Origin: Octopus sinensis
Lineage: Eukaryota
Reading direction: 5' to 3'
DNA: 24,944 bases
NCBI RefSeq assembly: GCF_006345805.1
Contig: NW_021836277.1
Location: forward strand, 1 to 24,944
In this document: positions 1 to 10,404 of the stretch, in pieces
How the letters are laid out: every line of letters begins with the position of its first letter
Position numbering within the stretch: position 1 is the stretch's first letter
Translations under genes and position numbers: made by a program
Notes under the pieces: model-generated
Databases searched by the model: none
What the model saw: only the letters and a program-made list of their open reading frames with translations
Told to the model about the DNA's origin: nothing

Positions 1-31
1 TATAATCGACCCTGAAATTAAATGGAATATT

Positions 32-419
32 GGATGGAAGCACTCCGTCGGTTACGACGATGAGGGTTCCGGTTGATCCGAATCAACGGAACAGCCAGCT
101 CGTGAAATTAACGTGTAAGTAGCTGAGCACTCCACAGACACGTGTACCCTTAACGTAGTTCTCGGGGATATTCAGCGTGACACAGAGAGTGACAAGGCCG
201 GCCCTTTGAAATATAGGTACAACAGAAACAGGAAGTAAGAGTGAGAGAAAGTTGTGGTGAAAGAGTACAGCAGGGATCACCACCATCCCCTGCCGGAGCC
301 TCGTGGAGCTTTAGGCGTTTTCGCTCAATAAACACTCACAACGCCCGGTCTGGGAATCGAAACCGCGATCCTACGACCGCGAGTCCGCTGCCCTAACCAC
401 TGGGCCATTGCGCCTCCAC
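32..419 (-). mobile_element. tRNA-derived SINE, family A (head + M1 + T1), full length
   Basis: Minus strand starts GTGGAGGCGCAATGGCCCAGTGGTTAGGGCAGCGGACTCGCGG...GGTTTCGATTCCC (Pol III A/B-box-like). Near-identical to copies at 4336, 9157 and 22179. Perfect 12-bp TSD AAATGGAATATT at 20-31 and 420-431. Confidence 0.92.
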
Positions 420-537
420 AAATGGAATATTACCAACTCAAGAAATCGTTGAACGGTGATTGAATAGCATCGGTTGATCCCGGTTTTAAATATCTTGCAA
501 TTATTTCATTTAGTTATTTGTTTTTTTACTTTTTGAG

Positions 538-647
538 ATTTCAAATTTTGGCAAAAGGCCAGTAATTTAAGAGGCGGTGTTAAGTCGATTACATGACCCC
601 CAGTGCTCAACTTGTACTTATTTAATCGGCCCCCGAAAGGATGAAGG
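538..647 (-). mobile_element. Partial SINE, family D (Meta-like centre plus 3' tail)
   Basis: Reverse complement contains CCTTCATCCTTTCGGGGGCCGATTAAATAAGTACAAGTTGAGCACTGGGGGTCATGTAATCGACT...GGCCTTTTGCCAAAATTTGAAA, matching other D copies in the window. Confidence 0.75.
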
Positions 648-674
648 AGTTTGCTTTATATTATTCCGAGGTCA

Positions 675-1540
675 AAAGCGGCAAGCTGACAGAACCATCC
701 GCACGACTGGCAAAATGCTTTCGGAATTTCGTCCGTCTTTACGTTCGGAATTTAAATTTCGCCGAGGTTGACTTTTCGTATCGATCTCAGTTGAGCACTA
801 AGGTCGATATTCTCAACCATACGCCTACCTGTAAAACTTCAGGCCTTGTACCCAAAGTAGAAAAGATTATTCAGAACTTAAAGGTGATGAGCTGACAAAA
901 TCGTTTGCATGCCGGACAAAGTACTTTGCAGTTTTTTTTCCGGCTTTATTTTCATTGACGTGAACATTGCTTTTAATCGCTTCACGTTTGATAAAATAAG
1001 TAGCAGTCGGGTACTGGGGTCGATGTAATCGACTAACTCCTCCCCCAGTATTTCAGACCTTGTGCCTATATTAGAAACGATTATTCTCGAGACAAAGGTA
1101 GCGAGGTGGCAGAATCATCAGCGCACCAGAAAAATAAATGCTTAGCAACATTTCCTCCGAAACTTTATATTTTGAGTTCGAATCCCAGTGAAGTCAAATT
1201 TGCCTTTCATCCTTTCGATGTTGATAAAACATTATAACAGTCAAGTGTTGCGGTCGATGTAACAGACAACTCACTTCCCAATTACAGGCCTTGTGATTAA
1301 ATTTAGAACAATTATTCCAGAGTCGCAGGCAGGTGGCCAGCTAGCAGAAGAATGGTTAATGCCTCGGAGAAAATGCTTGTGTCATTCCTTCAGACATTTT
1401 ACGTTCTGTGTTCAAATATCGCCGAGGTTAATTCTGCCTTTCATGTTTTCGGGTTGATAAAATAAGGTGCTAGTCAACTACTGAAGTCGATGAAATCGAC
1501 TTGCCCCTCCTCTCAAAAACTGCTGGTCTTGTACTTAAAA
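675..1540 (+). mobile_element. Four head-to-tail, diverged family-D SINE copies (starts ~675, ~881, ~1095, ~1331)
   Basis: Each unit has variants of AAGGCGGCGAGCTGGCAGAA...GAGTTCAAAT...GCCTTTCATCCTTTCG...GGTCGATGTAATCGAC...GGCCTTGTG. Period is 206-231 bp. The tail of the fourth copy is interrupted by the SINE at 1541-1792. Confidence 0.8.
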
Positions 1541-1792
1541 AAATAAAATAAATGCGCCCTTTTAAAGCCTAGCCAAGCTCATAGGCCCGGTTTCTGTGGC
1601 GTATGTATTCCCTAGCTGGACGGGACGCCAGTCCATCGCAGCGTTACTCATTTTTGCCAGCTGAGTGGACTGGAGCAACGTGAAATGAAGTGTTTTCCTC
1701 AAGAACACAACGCGTCGTCCGGTCCAGGAATCGAAACCACAATCTAACGATCATGATGCTGACACCCTAACCACTAAGCCACGCGCCTCCAC
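1541..1792 (-). mobile_element. tRNA-derived SINE (head + CORE-like M2 + T2)
   Basis: Minus strand: GTGGAGGCGCGTGGCTTAGTGGTTAGGG...GTTTCGATTCC head, then GTTCTTGAGGAAAACACTT...CACTCAGCTGGCAAAAATGAG, then the T2 tail and a (TATTT)-type end. Imperfect TSD GGTCTTGT(A/G)CT at 1525-1535 and 1793-1803. Confidence 0.85.
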
Positions 1793-2112
1793 GGTCTTGT
1801 GCTAAAATTACAAAAAATTACTCGGTAATTAGTCGGTAAAGTAAAAGGAAGGTAACTCCGTGGATATAATCAATACATGTTTATGTGTGCGCGTCTGTGT
1901 GTCCTTCTGTTCTGACTGTCATCAGTACCGGATTCTGAGTGAAAGTTTTACTACCTCCCGCACAGGACTGGCCAGAGGTTACAAGCAGCACTACCCTCCA
2001 CTCTAGTCTTGTAGAGATATGCGGAGACAAGAGATGAGTGGGGAATGTTCGGGATGACTGAATAAAGAAATTAGGAAGAGGAAAGAATGAGTTCAAACAG
2101 AAGACGAGCAAT

Positions 2113-2442
2113 ACACACACACACACACACACACACTAACACCACCACACACCACACACTCACTCACACACACACACACACACACACCACTCACTCACAC
2201 ACCACGCACACACACGCACACACACACACACACGCACACACACACAACACACGCACCACACCACACACTCACTCCACACACACACACACACTTACTTACT
2301 CACACCACACACGCCCACACACACACTCACTCACACACACACACACAACACACACACTCACTCACACACACACGCACACACACGCACACACACACACACA
2401 CGCACACACACACACACACGCACACACACACACACACTCACT

Positions 2443-2477
<35 letters not shown>
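2113..2477. repeat. Imperfect (CA)n microsatellite
   Basis: About 365 bp of CA dinucleotides with CT/CG interruptions. Confidence 0.97.
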
Positions 2478-2480
<3 letters not shown>

Positions 2481-2694
2481 GGTGTGTGCCTCGACAGTTC
2501 AACAAACACACCAACTCAGCCTCATATTAATAATCACTGGGAACTCCCTTAACTCAAAAAGTTTCGTCGCTTTGTTAGCGACTGGCTTGAGTTCTCCGAA
2601 GAAGAACTCAAATAAAACTCAGAGAGAAATCATACATACATCCATCCATACATACACATAGGTAAAAGTATATATAGCAATCAAATTCCATTTG

Positions 2695-2996
2695 TTTGTT
2701 CCTTCTCGAGCCATGCCTGGCTCATAAGGGCCGGTTTCCAGGGTTTCCTTGGCGTATAGGTTCCCCACCTGGACGAGACACCGGTCCGTCGCAGGTGAGA
2801 TGCAAGATGAAGGAGGAAAGAGTAAGAGAAAGTTGTGGCGAAAGAGTCAGCAGATGTTCGCCATTACCTTCTGCCGGAGCCGCGTGGAGTTTAGGTGTTT
2901 CGCTCATAATAAACACACATATCGCCCGGTCTGAGATTCGAACCCGCGATCCCTCGACTGCGAGCGAGTCCGCTGCTCTAACCATTAGGCCATGTG
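2695..2996 (-). mobile_element. tRNA-derived SINE, family A' (head + M1 + T2), a few nt 5'-truncated
   Basis: Aligns end to end with 15069-15381. 13-bp TSD CAAATTCCATTTG at 2682-2694 and 2997-3009. (CAAA)n-type 3' end. Confidence 0.88.
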
Positions 2997-3933
2997 CAAA
3001 TTCCATTTGCAAGGCATTGGTCAACTTGAAACCAAGTAGTAGCTCAGGAATGTTCGAAATAGTATAATACGTCATACTAAATATATTTCTCATATTTAAA
3101 TATATTATATAACTTCGCTGTACTGAATTTGAAAAGCTTCCATAATTGTTCTCAATTGCGCTATTTCGATTGCCAACGATATTATCTGAATAAATTTGGA
3201 TGTTTTTATTCAAATTGCCCAGACGGCAAGAATACACGATTTGTATTATTAATATGTGGGAATTTGAAATTACAGGAGGACTGTTTATAGATTCACTCCT
3301 TCGGAATTTCGATTTACCTTTCGTGTTTCTTTTGCTTTTGTAAACCTTTACATTGGCGAAGAGAAGCGTGCATTTTCTGCACAACAAGACATGCAATACA
3401 TGACTAAACTCACTGTAATTAAAGGTCAACATAATACTTAAACCCAAAAAAATAAAAGAAAAAGTACTAATATAAGCATGTCTTCTCGTAATAAATCAGA
3501 TGAAGATATAAGAAAATGTTCTATTTTTGTGTTTTAAAATAATACTGGAATTTCCTGTTTCTAGCAAATAACAAGCTGAGTTATTTTAACATTAATATCT
3601 ATGTGAGGAAATATATTGAGTCGAATCAACAGCAAGATGACGTCACGTATTCTTTTGTTGAAACCAATATAAGTAGCGAAAATATAAGGTAATCGATGGA
3701 CTGCGTGACATAGCTATTTGTCTTGGCGATCAATAACTCCACAGTTATAATCCTGGTTAACATTTGGATCGTCGAATGACAAAATCAGTAAAGAGCTTCC
3801 GTTTTTGCTTTAAGTTCAAATCACGCTAAGGTAACAATTTCTTGTTATCTTTGTTGTTGATGTTGTTATGAAGTCAGTCCCAGGTCAGCCCCAATTGAAT
3901 AATCAGGTATAACTATCAAAGAACAAACATAAT

Positions 3934-4322
3934 CCTTTTTGCTATGGGCTCATGGCCTGAAATTTGGGGACGGGGACTAGTCGATTATATCGACCCAAGT
4001 GCGCAACTGGTACTTATTTAATCGACCCCGAAAGGATGAAAGGCAAAGTCGAACCCGACGGAATTTGAACTGAGAACGTAATGCCAGACGAAATACCTAT
4101 TTCTTTACGGCCCACAAGGGGCTACACACAGAGGGGACAAACAAGGACAGACACACGGATTAAGTCGATTATATCGACCCCATTGCGTAACTGGTAATCG
4201 ACCCCGAAAGGATGAAAGACAAAGTCGACCTCGGCGGAATTTGAACTCAGAACGTAAAGACAGATGAAATTCCACTAAGCATTTCGCCCGGCGTGCTAAC
4301 GTTTCTGCCAGCTCGCCGCCTT
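3934..4322 (-). mobile_element. Dimeric B/D-type SINE (full unit plus A-box-less second unit)
   Basis: Minus strand starts AAGGCGGCGAGCTGGCAGAAACGTTAGCACGCCGGGCGAAATGC. The ~180-bp unit is repeated, with a junction at ~4096. Flanked by AAAGAACAAACATAAT (3918-3933) and AAAGGACAAACAT (4323-4335). Confidence 0.85.
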
Positions 4323-4335
4323 AAAGGACAAACAT

Positions 4336-4716
4336 GGAAATGGAAGCACTCCGTCGGTTACGACGACGAGGGTTCCGGTTGATCCGAATCAACGGAACAG
4401 CCTGCTCGTGAAAATAACGTGTAAGTGGCTGAGCACTCCACAGACACCTGTACCCTTAACGTAGTTCTCGGGGATATTCAGCGTGACACAGAGAGTGACA
4501 AGGCCAGCCCTTTGAAATACAGGTACAACAGAAACAGGAAGTAAGAGTGAGAGAAAGTTGTGGTGAAAGAGTACAGCAGGGATCACCACCATCCCCCTGC
4601 CGGAGCTTTAGGTGTTTTCGCTCAATAAACACTCACAACGCCCGCTCTGAGAATCGAAACCGCGATCCTATGACCGCGAGTCCGCTGCCCTAACCACTGG
4701 GCCATTGCGCCTCCAC
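4336..4716 (-). mobile_element. tRNA-derived SINE, family A (M1 + T1)
   Basis: Near-identical to 32-419 apart from a small deletion in M1. TSD AAAG(G/A)ACAAACAT at 4323-4335 and 4717-4729. Confidence 0.92.
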
Positions 4717-4946
4717 AAAGAACAAACATAATGATCAAAGAAATGACAATAGTAAATATTTCGTCTTATTTTCTGGGTAAGATTAACCAATAAGGCGTAA
4801 GTTCAAATTCCGCAGAAGTCAACTTCACATTATTTTATCCTTTCCGTATCGATAAACAAAGAGGGCGAAATATTTAGTGTATCCGACGGCATTTGATGTG
4901 GCTCTTCGTGTTCTTGTAGTAATTGTTGTCTGCAACAATAATGTAC

Positions 4947-4992
4947 CAGGGTAGCTGCTGGTATTCTTCAAAATACTTTGCGTTGACCAAAC
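4947..4992 (-). CDS. Candidate internal exon of an unrecognised gene (VWSTQSILKNTSSYP...); 3' boundary uncertain
   Basis: Acceptor ttcctttctaag before 4992, in unique sequence, open in phase 0 (compatible with the 8355-8479 exon). Donor gtacat is weak. An alternative phase-1 frame reads LVNAKYFEEYQQLPWYIIVADNNYYKNTKSHIKCRRIH*. Confidence 0.25.
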
Positions 4993-5620
4993 CTTAGAAA
5001 GGAACTATCTCACTGCAAATATATAAATCGTCTGTTATGAGCCTAAAAGACTTTGGTGCCCCCATATATATATATGTAATTCAAAATATAGACAATAATA
5101 AACCATAAGATAATTTTTTTTTCTTCTTCAAAATGAAGCAAAACTAACAGTAAGATAGAAAATAGTGTTTCTTTTGTGTACTTTCACTTTAGTTATATTT
5201 GAAGTTTTCTCCGGATTCTTTTTATTCTTTAATTGAAAAGTCTTTGATCAGATCCTCACAAAGGTACCATGAACACTTCAAAATTATATTTCAGATCATA
5301 TAAATCACTTCAAATATTGTTTCAGCAAATTTGACGTGATTTCTTTTGTGCCGTAAACCATTTATCATTCGTGTGGTTTCCCCCTGCTTTCCTTGATACC
5401 CTTAATGTTTAATCGAGCGCTGATCATGAGCAACAAAGCCATCTCTTAGTGTCCTGAGTTCAAGTCCCACCAGGGTAGACTTCATAATATCATCCTGTCA
5501 GAGTCATTTCATGAATAACAGGCTTATCTTCTTAATCTTTATTTCTTTTACTGAGGTCCGCTGTTTGAGAGTATGCGCATCTGTGAGTGAACAATAATGT
5601 GTGTGTGTGTGTGTGTGTTA

Positions 5621-5901
5621 TAAGGTTGTGTGTTCCCAGAACGGGCTGTGTGTTTTGTTCTTGAGCAAGACACTTTATTTCACGTTGCTCCAGTTCACTC
5701 AGCTGTAGAAATGAGTTGCGATGTCAATGCCAAGCTGTATCGGCCTTTGCCTTTCCCTTGGATAACATCAGTGGTGTGGAGACAGGAGGCTGGGTGACTG
5801 TTGGTCTTCCATATACAACCTTGTCTAGACTTATGCCTTGGAGGGGAACTTTCTAGGCGCAATCCCAGGGTCATTTATGACCGATTAGGGCTTTTACCCC
5901 C
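5621..5901 (+). mobile_element. 5'-truncated SINE (CORE-like M2 + T3)
   Basis: GTTCTTGAGCAAGACACTTTATTTCACGTTGCTCCAGTTCACTCAGCTGTAGAAATGAG, followed by a tail shared with 17026-17310. Confidence 0.82.
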
Positions 5902-6135
5902 CTTCTTTTCTGTTTTTTTTTTTTTTTAATGTAATACAGGAATAAATTCTATGACTTTATACAATACGGTTACAAATGTGTGGCGAATCAAACGAAATTG
6001 AATTGTAGTATTAACGTTACATCCCACAACAAATTTGACTGCAAATCCATCTAATGTCGACTTAATTTTTCAACTTCCTGTGACTTGCACCAGTCAAATG
6101 TTGCGTTCGATTCAACTCTGAAAATGATTTTATTG

Positions 6136-6483
6136 ATGATGGTGGTGATGGTGACGGTGATGGTGAAGGTGTTGGTGGTGCTGGTGATAGTGATGATTGT
6201 GGTGATGATGATGATGATGGCGGTGGTGGTCGTGGTCGTGGTTGTGGTGGTGCCATCATTGTCCCCGTGGTGCTTTTTTCCTCATTGTTATTATTTAATT
6301 CCGAAATCAACCCTGATCGAACTGACTTAACGCTGATGAAAAGCATTCCAGCCGTGACCATACCATTTTGAAGAGTGTACCGAGCTACAACATCTTATAT
6401 ATTCTTCAAGTTTTCAAGAAGGTAGGGTGATTTGGCTGCTACTTTTAGCTAGTCAAACGACCACGTAGAGGAAGCCTTCCTAG
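6136..6483 (-). mobile_element. Family-F retroelement 3' fragment (6294-6483) with adjacent degenerate GGT/GAT triplet array
   Basis: Motifs CCCTGATCGA...GCATTCCAGCCGTGACCAT...GATTTGGCTGCTA...CGACCACGTAGAGG recur near 8990, 9685 and 21380, and inverted near 16120-16300. Strand is inferred from the simple-repeat tail. Confidence 0.6.
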
Positions 6484-6489
6484 TTTTAC

Positions 6490-7235
6490 TTTTGTTGCTA
6501 ATATTGTTGTTAGTGTTTGTTGCTATCGTTGTTGATACTGTTGTAATCATCGTTGTTTTTTTTGCTGCTATCGTTATGGTGGTGGTGGTTTGTAGTAGTG
6601 GCGGTAATTTTGGTTATTGTTGTTGTGGCTGTGGTATTGGTGGTGGTGGTAGTTTGTCGTGGCAGTGGTAATTCGTGGTAGTGTTAGCAGTTCTGGTATT
6701 TGTGGGGTTGGTGTAGGATTGTAGTAGTGGTGGTCATTGTGGTTGCTGTTGCTGTGGTGGTGGTGGTGGTGGTGGTGGTGGTGTGGAGGTGGTTTTGGTG
6801 GTGGTGGTTGTGGTGGTGGTCGTGATAGTGGTGGTTGTGGTGGTTGTGGTTCTGGTGGTGTTTGTAGTGGTGGTGGTAATAGTAGAAGTTGTGGTTTGTG
6901 GTTTGTGGTTGTGGTGATGATTGTCGTGGTTGTTGTGATGATGGTGATGATGGTAATGGTGCTGCTGCTGCTACTACTGTTGCTGCTGGTGCTGGTGCCG
7001 GTCGTGCTGCTGCTGCTGGTGCTGTTGGTGCTGCTGGTCAAGATGGTTGTGATGGCGGTAGCGGTGGTGGTCGTCATGACGGCGGTGGTTGTGACGGCGG
7101 TGGATGTGACGGCAGTGGCCGCAACGCGATGGTGGTGGTGGCGATGGTGATGCAGGTTGCGGTGGAGGTGGGTGCTGGCGTTGGTGCTGACGATTGAAAT
7201 GTCTTCGCGGTCGTCGTGGTCGTCGTGGTAGTGGT
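6490..7235. repeat. Degenerate trinucleotide low-complexity array (GTT/GGT/GCT/GAT)
   Basis: Continuous mixed triplet repeats producing homopolymer-rich ORFs in several frames on both strands. Confidence 0.9.
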
Positions 7236-7519
7236 TTCGTTTCAACCAGAATTAGCAATCAAACTTGACAATAAAACAGATGTGAAAGTCTGCAGTTGCA
7301 CAATATCACGACATACTACAATGGCGTCTCAATGCCAGTCTTTCACACATGTCAGCGAACGCAAATGTTTTTTTGTAGCGACAATGTTGTTTGTTCTTTG
7401 CAAGATTCTTGCAGCGGTGCCAAGTCGAAAGGTAAACACACGCGCACGCATGAACATAGCATTCATCTTCTCAATTATAAACACATGCGTGAGTAAATAT
7501 CCATAATCATATATCTACG

Positions 7520-8204
7520 CATATATATATATATATATTATACATACATTAATATATATACTTACGAATGTACTTACGTGCATGCAAGTATGTATCTATG
7601 TAGTATATATGTATATATATGCATGCATACACACACACACACGCACACATACGCACACATATTTATATACATATATACACGTACAAGCATACATATATAC
7701 ATGTATACTATATAGATGCATACAAGTATATATCTATATAGTATATATGTATATATGCATGCATACACACACAAACACATACACACATATATTTATATAC
7801 ATATATACACATACAAGCATACATATATACATATATACACATACAAGCATACATATATACATATATACACATACAAGCATACATATATACATGTATACTA
7901 TTTAGATGCATGCAAGTATGTATCTATATATTATATATGTATATATGCATGCATACACACACACATATATATATATACATACATACATATATAAGCATAC
8001 ATATATACATATATACTATATCGGTGCATGCAAGTATGTATCTATATAGTATATATGTTTATATGCATACACACATACAAACACACACATACACGCATAT
8101 ATATATACAATATACACATACAAGCATACATATATATATATGTATATGTATGTATGCATGTATACACCCCACACACATACATATATATATGCATGTATGT
8201 ATAT
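7520..8204. repeat. TA/CA-rich compound microsatellite with higher-order minisatellite structure
   Basis: Four units beginning GCATGCAAGTATGTATCTAT (or a variant) near 7580, 7717, 7908 and 8026. An internal 30-bp unit, ATATATACACATACAAGCATACATATATAC, occurs three times at 7801-7890. Confidence 0.9.
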
Positions 8205-8354
8205 AATTCCACCCCTCCAACTACATAACGGTATATCAATCTGTCTAGCGACTTTCCTGTTTATCTATCTATTACATATTTATTTATCTCCTTAATATAT
8301 ATTTATTGCTCTCTCCCCCTCTCTCTCCCTCTCTCTCTCTCCATCTACCCCCAC

Positions 8355-8479
8355 CGTCTGTGTTATTGAATCTACTTCAATAAGAACTTCAAATAAGAAA
8401 GGCGTGTACGCCGAAACGCCCGTAGCAGAGACATCGGCAATAAATGAGACACGATAGAGAAGGAATTGGGCAGAGGGAA
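8355..8479 (-). CDS. Candidate internal exon (xPSAQFLLYRVSFIADVSATGVSAYTPFLFEVLIEVDSITQT), product unknown
   Basis: Strong acceptor tttgactgtctttctcaacttcttag. 125 nt, open from phase 1 to phase 0. Donor gtgggg, or gtagat 6 nt later in the same phase. Non-repetitive and protein-like; phase matches the 10405-10502 exon. Confidence 0.45.
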
Positions 8480-8505
8480 CTAAGAAGTTGAGAAAGACAG
8501 TCAAA

Positions 8506-8537
<32 letters not shown>

Positions 8538-8774
8538 GGAAGAAGGTGGAGGGAGGTAGACGTATCACCATCAATTGTAACTGTGCTGAAGTTTTACTGA
8601 AGAACTTGCCTAAGACACCGAAACACCCAGTCAGTTTACAGCAGAATATTCTGGAAATTCTCGAAGTAAACAACTTTTGTTTTCTCTGTCGAAGACCAAA
8701 AATTTCCGTCAACACACTTGAAAAGTCTGCGAAGTATTGAGGCGATCAGATACTGTGTCTATTCGTCGCTTCTC

Positions 8775-9620
8775 TTGTGGTTGTTGTTGTTGTTGCAGTG
8801 GTGGTGGTGGTGTGGTGGTGGTGGTTAAGCTCATGTTCGGCTTTTTGTCATTGCAGTGGCTGTCTGTTTTTCTTTTTGTTTGTTTCACCAGTATTTTTGT
8901 TGTTAGTACTTATGATCTCACTTAATATTGTTGTTGTTTTTGTTGCTGTTGTTAGAGCCGAAACCCAACCTCCTCCCCCCCACCGACCAGGTCAGCCTTG
9001 ATCGAACAGGCTTATGATCAAAGACATTCTAATCGTGACTAAATCCGTCTTTCTCTATCTGCCTTCACAAAGTCCACTCGTGCCCAACCCATCTTATTGT
9101 AACTACAGTCATTTAATCCAGAATGTCTCAAATCATAAAGACAATACTTTGCGATTGGAGGTACAATGGCCCAGTGGTTAGGGCAGCGGACTCGCGGTCA
9201 AAGGATCGCGGTTTCGATTCCCAGACCGGCGTTGTGAGTGTTTATTAAGCGAAAACACCCAAAAAGCTCCACGAGGCTCCGGCAGGGGATGGTGGTGATC
9301 CTTGCTGTACTCTTTCACCACAACTTCCTCTCACTCTTACTTCCTGTTTCTGTTGTACCTGTATTTCAAAGGGCCGGCCTTGTCACTCTCTGTGTTACGC
9401 TGAATATCCCCGAGAACTATGTTAAGGGTACACGTGTCTGTGGAGTGCTCAGCCACTTACACGTTAATTTCACGAGCAGGCTGTTCCGTTGATTCGGATC
9501 AACCGGAACCCTCATCGTCGTAACCGACGGAGTGCTTCCCTTACTTTGCGATTTGAGAGAATTCGAACGCTATTAATAGCAGGTCGAGTGATCGCATAGA
9601 CGATCCATCGTTAGCTCGGG
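8775..9620 (-). mobile_element. Family-F fragment with GTT/GGT tail array, interrupted by the SINE at 9157-9540
   Basis: CCAGGTCAGCCTTGATCGAACAGGCTTATGATCAAAGACATTC near 8987-9030, continuing after the SINE as GCTATTAATAGCAGGTCGAGTGATCGCATAGA. Confidence 0.55.
9157..9540 (+). mobile_element. tRNA-derived SINE, family A (M1 + T1)
   Basis: Full-length copy. 12-bp TSD TACTTTGCGATT at 9145-9156 and 9542-9553. Confidence 0.92.
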
Positions 9621-9627
9621 TTAACAA

Positions 9628-9860
9628 TGTTGTTGTCGTTGTCGTCGTCGTCGACGTCGACGTCCTCAATGTTGTAGTCGTTGTTAGCCCCGGGTCAGTC
9701 CGGATGCAGAAGACATAATATGAAAGTCTCTCTTTCCAGCCGTGAGCATTACCAATTTCATTTCGGATACAATAACTACATCAAAGCTTACATTATCAAA
9801 GTGCTACTTCTAAGTTAGTAAAACGTGACTTAAAGAAGATTTAGCTGCTATTTCTAATAC
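9628..9860 (-). mobile_element. Family-F fragment with GTT/GTC tail array
   Basis: TTAGCCCCGGGTCAG...TTCCAGCCGTGAGCAT...GATTTAGCTGCTATTTCTA, preceded by (GTT/GTC)n. Confidence 0.55.
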
Positions 9861-10404
9861 TAGTCATGATACATTGTTCTATAAGCTTGTTACTCTTCAA
9901 ACTTCAGGTTAGCCCTGATCAAACAAAGCCATCTTAGGTTAATAGCATTGAGAAACATTTTCTTTCTTTTCTGTCTTTGGTCAGTAAGTATTATTTCCTA
10001 TTTGCTTCTATCTAGAAATCAAAGAAAATCACTACTATTCCTTTCAGACTTCGCTTTTTGTCATCTCGACATTAATGGTTTGAAACTGATCCATTTTCCA
10101 TTACGTTTCAGACAGATTCAGCGATGAGTTTTTGAAGTAGAAATATTGTTATAGTAAATATTCTGCTCTATACCACAGATTTGCTTGTTAGTTGCTTGAC
10201 CGTAACCAGTTGAGCATGTCCCTTAGTGACTGACAATATGTGCATCTCTGATCATGAGCAGGAGTAGTGGGGGAGCATCATAGTCATAGGAATTCTTTGG
10301 TGTTTGAATAAATATCGTAACAAAAGCAAATTTTGAAGGAAACATTAGCTATTTTTTCATACTTTCTAGGGGTAAGCAAATAGGTGATAACAGTTTCTAC
10401 TCAC

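Noticed and set aside
345-419. tRNA-like sequences at SINE 5' ends as tRNA genes
   Set aside because: A/B-box-like motifs are present, but there is no closed acceptor stem or T-run terminator and each continues into a SINE body.
660-1540. Repeat-spacer periodicity as a CRISPR-like array
   Set aside because: The long units are homologous SINE copies, the short junctions are degenerate, the context is eukaryotic and there are no cas genes.
2087-2530. 147-aa His/Thr-rich ORF (and similar ORFs at 7574-8239 and 11976-12281)
   Set aside because: Translation of (CA)n, (TA)n or (GAA)n microsatellites.
2722-3447. Longest ORF (241 aa, minus strand) as a gene
   Set aside because: TTG start, AT-rich composition, no recognisable domain, and the last ~90 codons run through an A' SINE. 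At most a short internal exon (3376-3318) is possible.
6574-7245. 223-aa Thr/Ser/Pro/His-rich ORF as a mucin-like or structural protein
   Set aside because: Overlapping ORFs on both strands arise from stop-poor triplet repeats; there is no clear ATG start or splice context.
8401-8424. GGCGT-GT-ACGCC-GAAAC...GTA as a hammerhead
   Set aside because: No CUGANGA or helix I partner upstream, and it overlaps a better-supported minus-strand exon candidate.
8597-8636. CTGAAGA...GAAAC...GTC as a hammerhead
   Set aside because: Core words are present, but helix II does not pair and helix I is not complementary in the canonical register.
9945-10310. Segment that looks like a fragment of a common octopus dispersed repeat
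   Set aside because: Single copy in this window with no termini or TSD visible; I cannot support a classification from the sequence alone.
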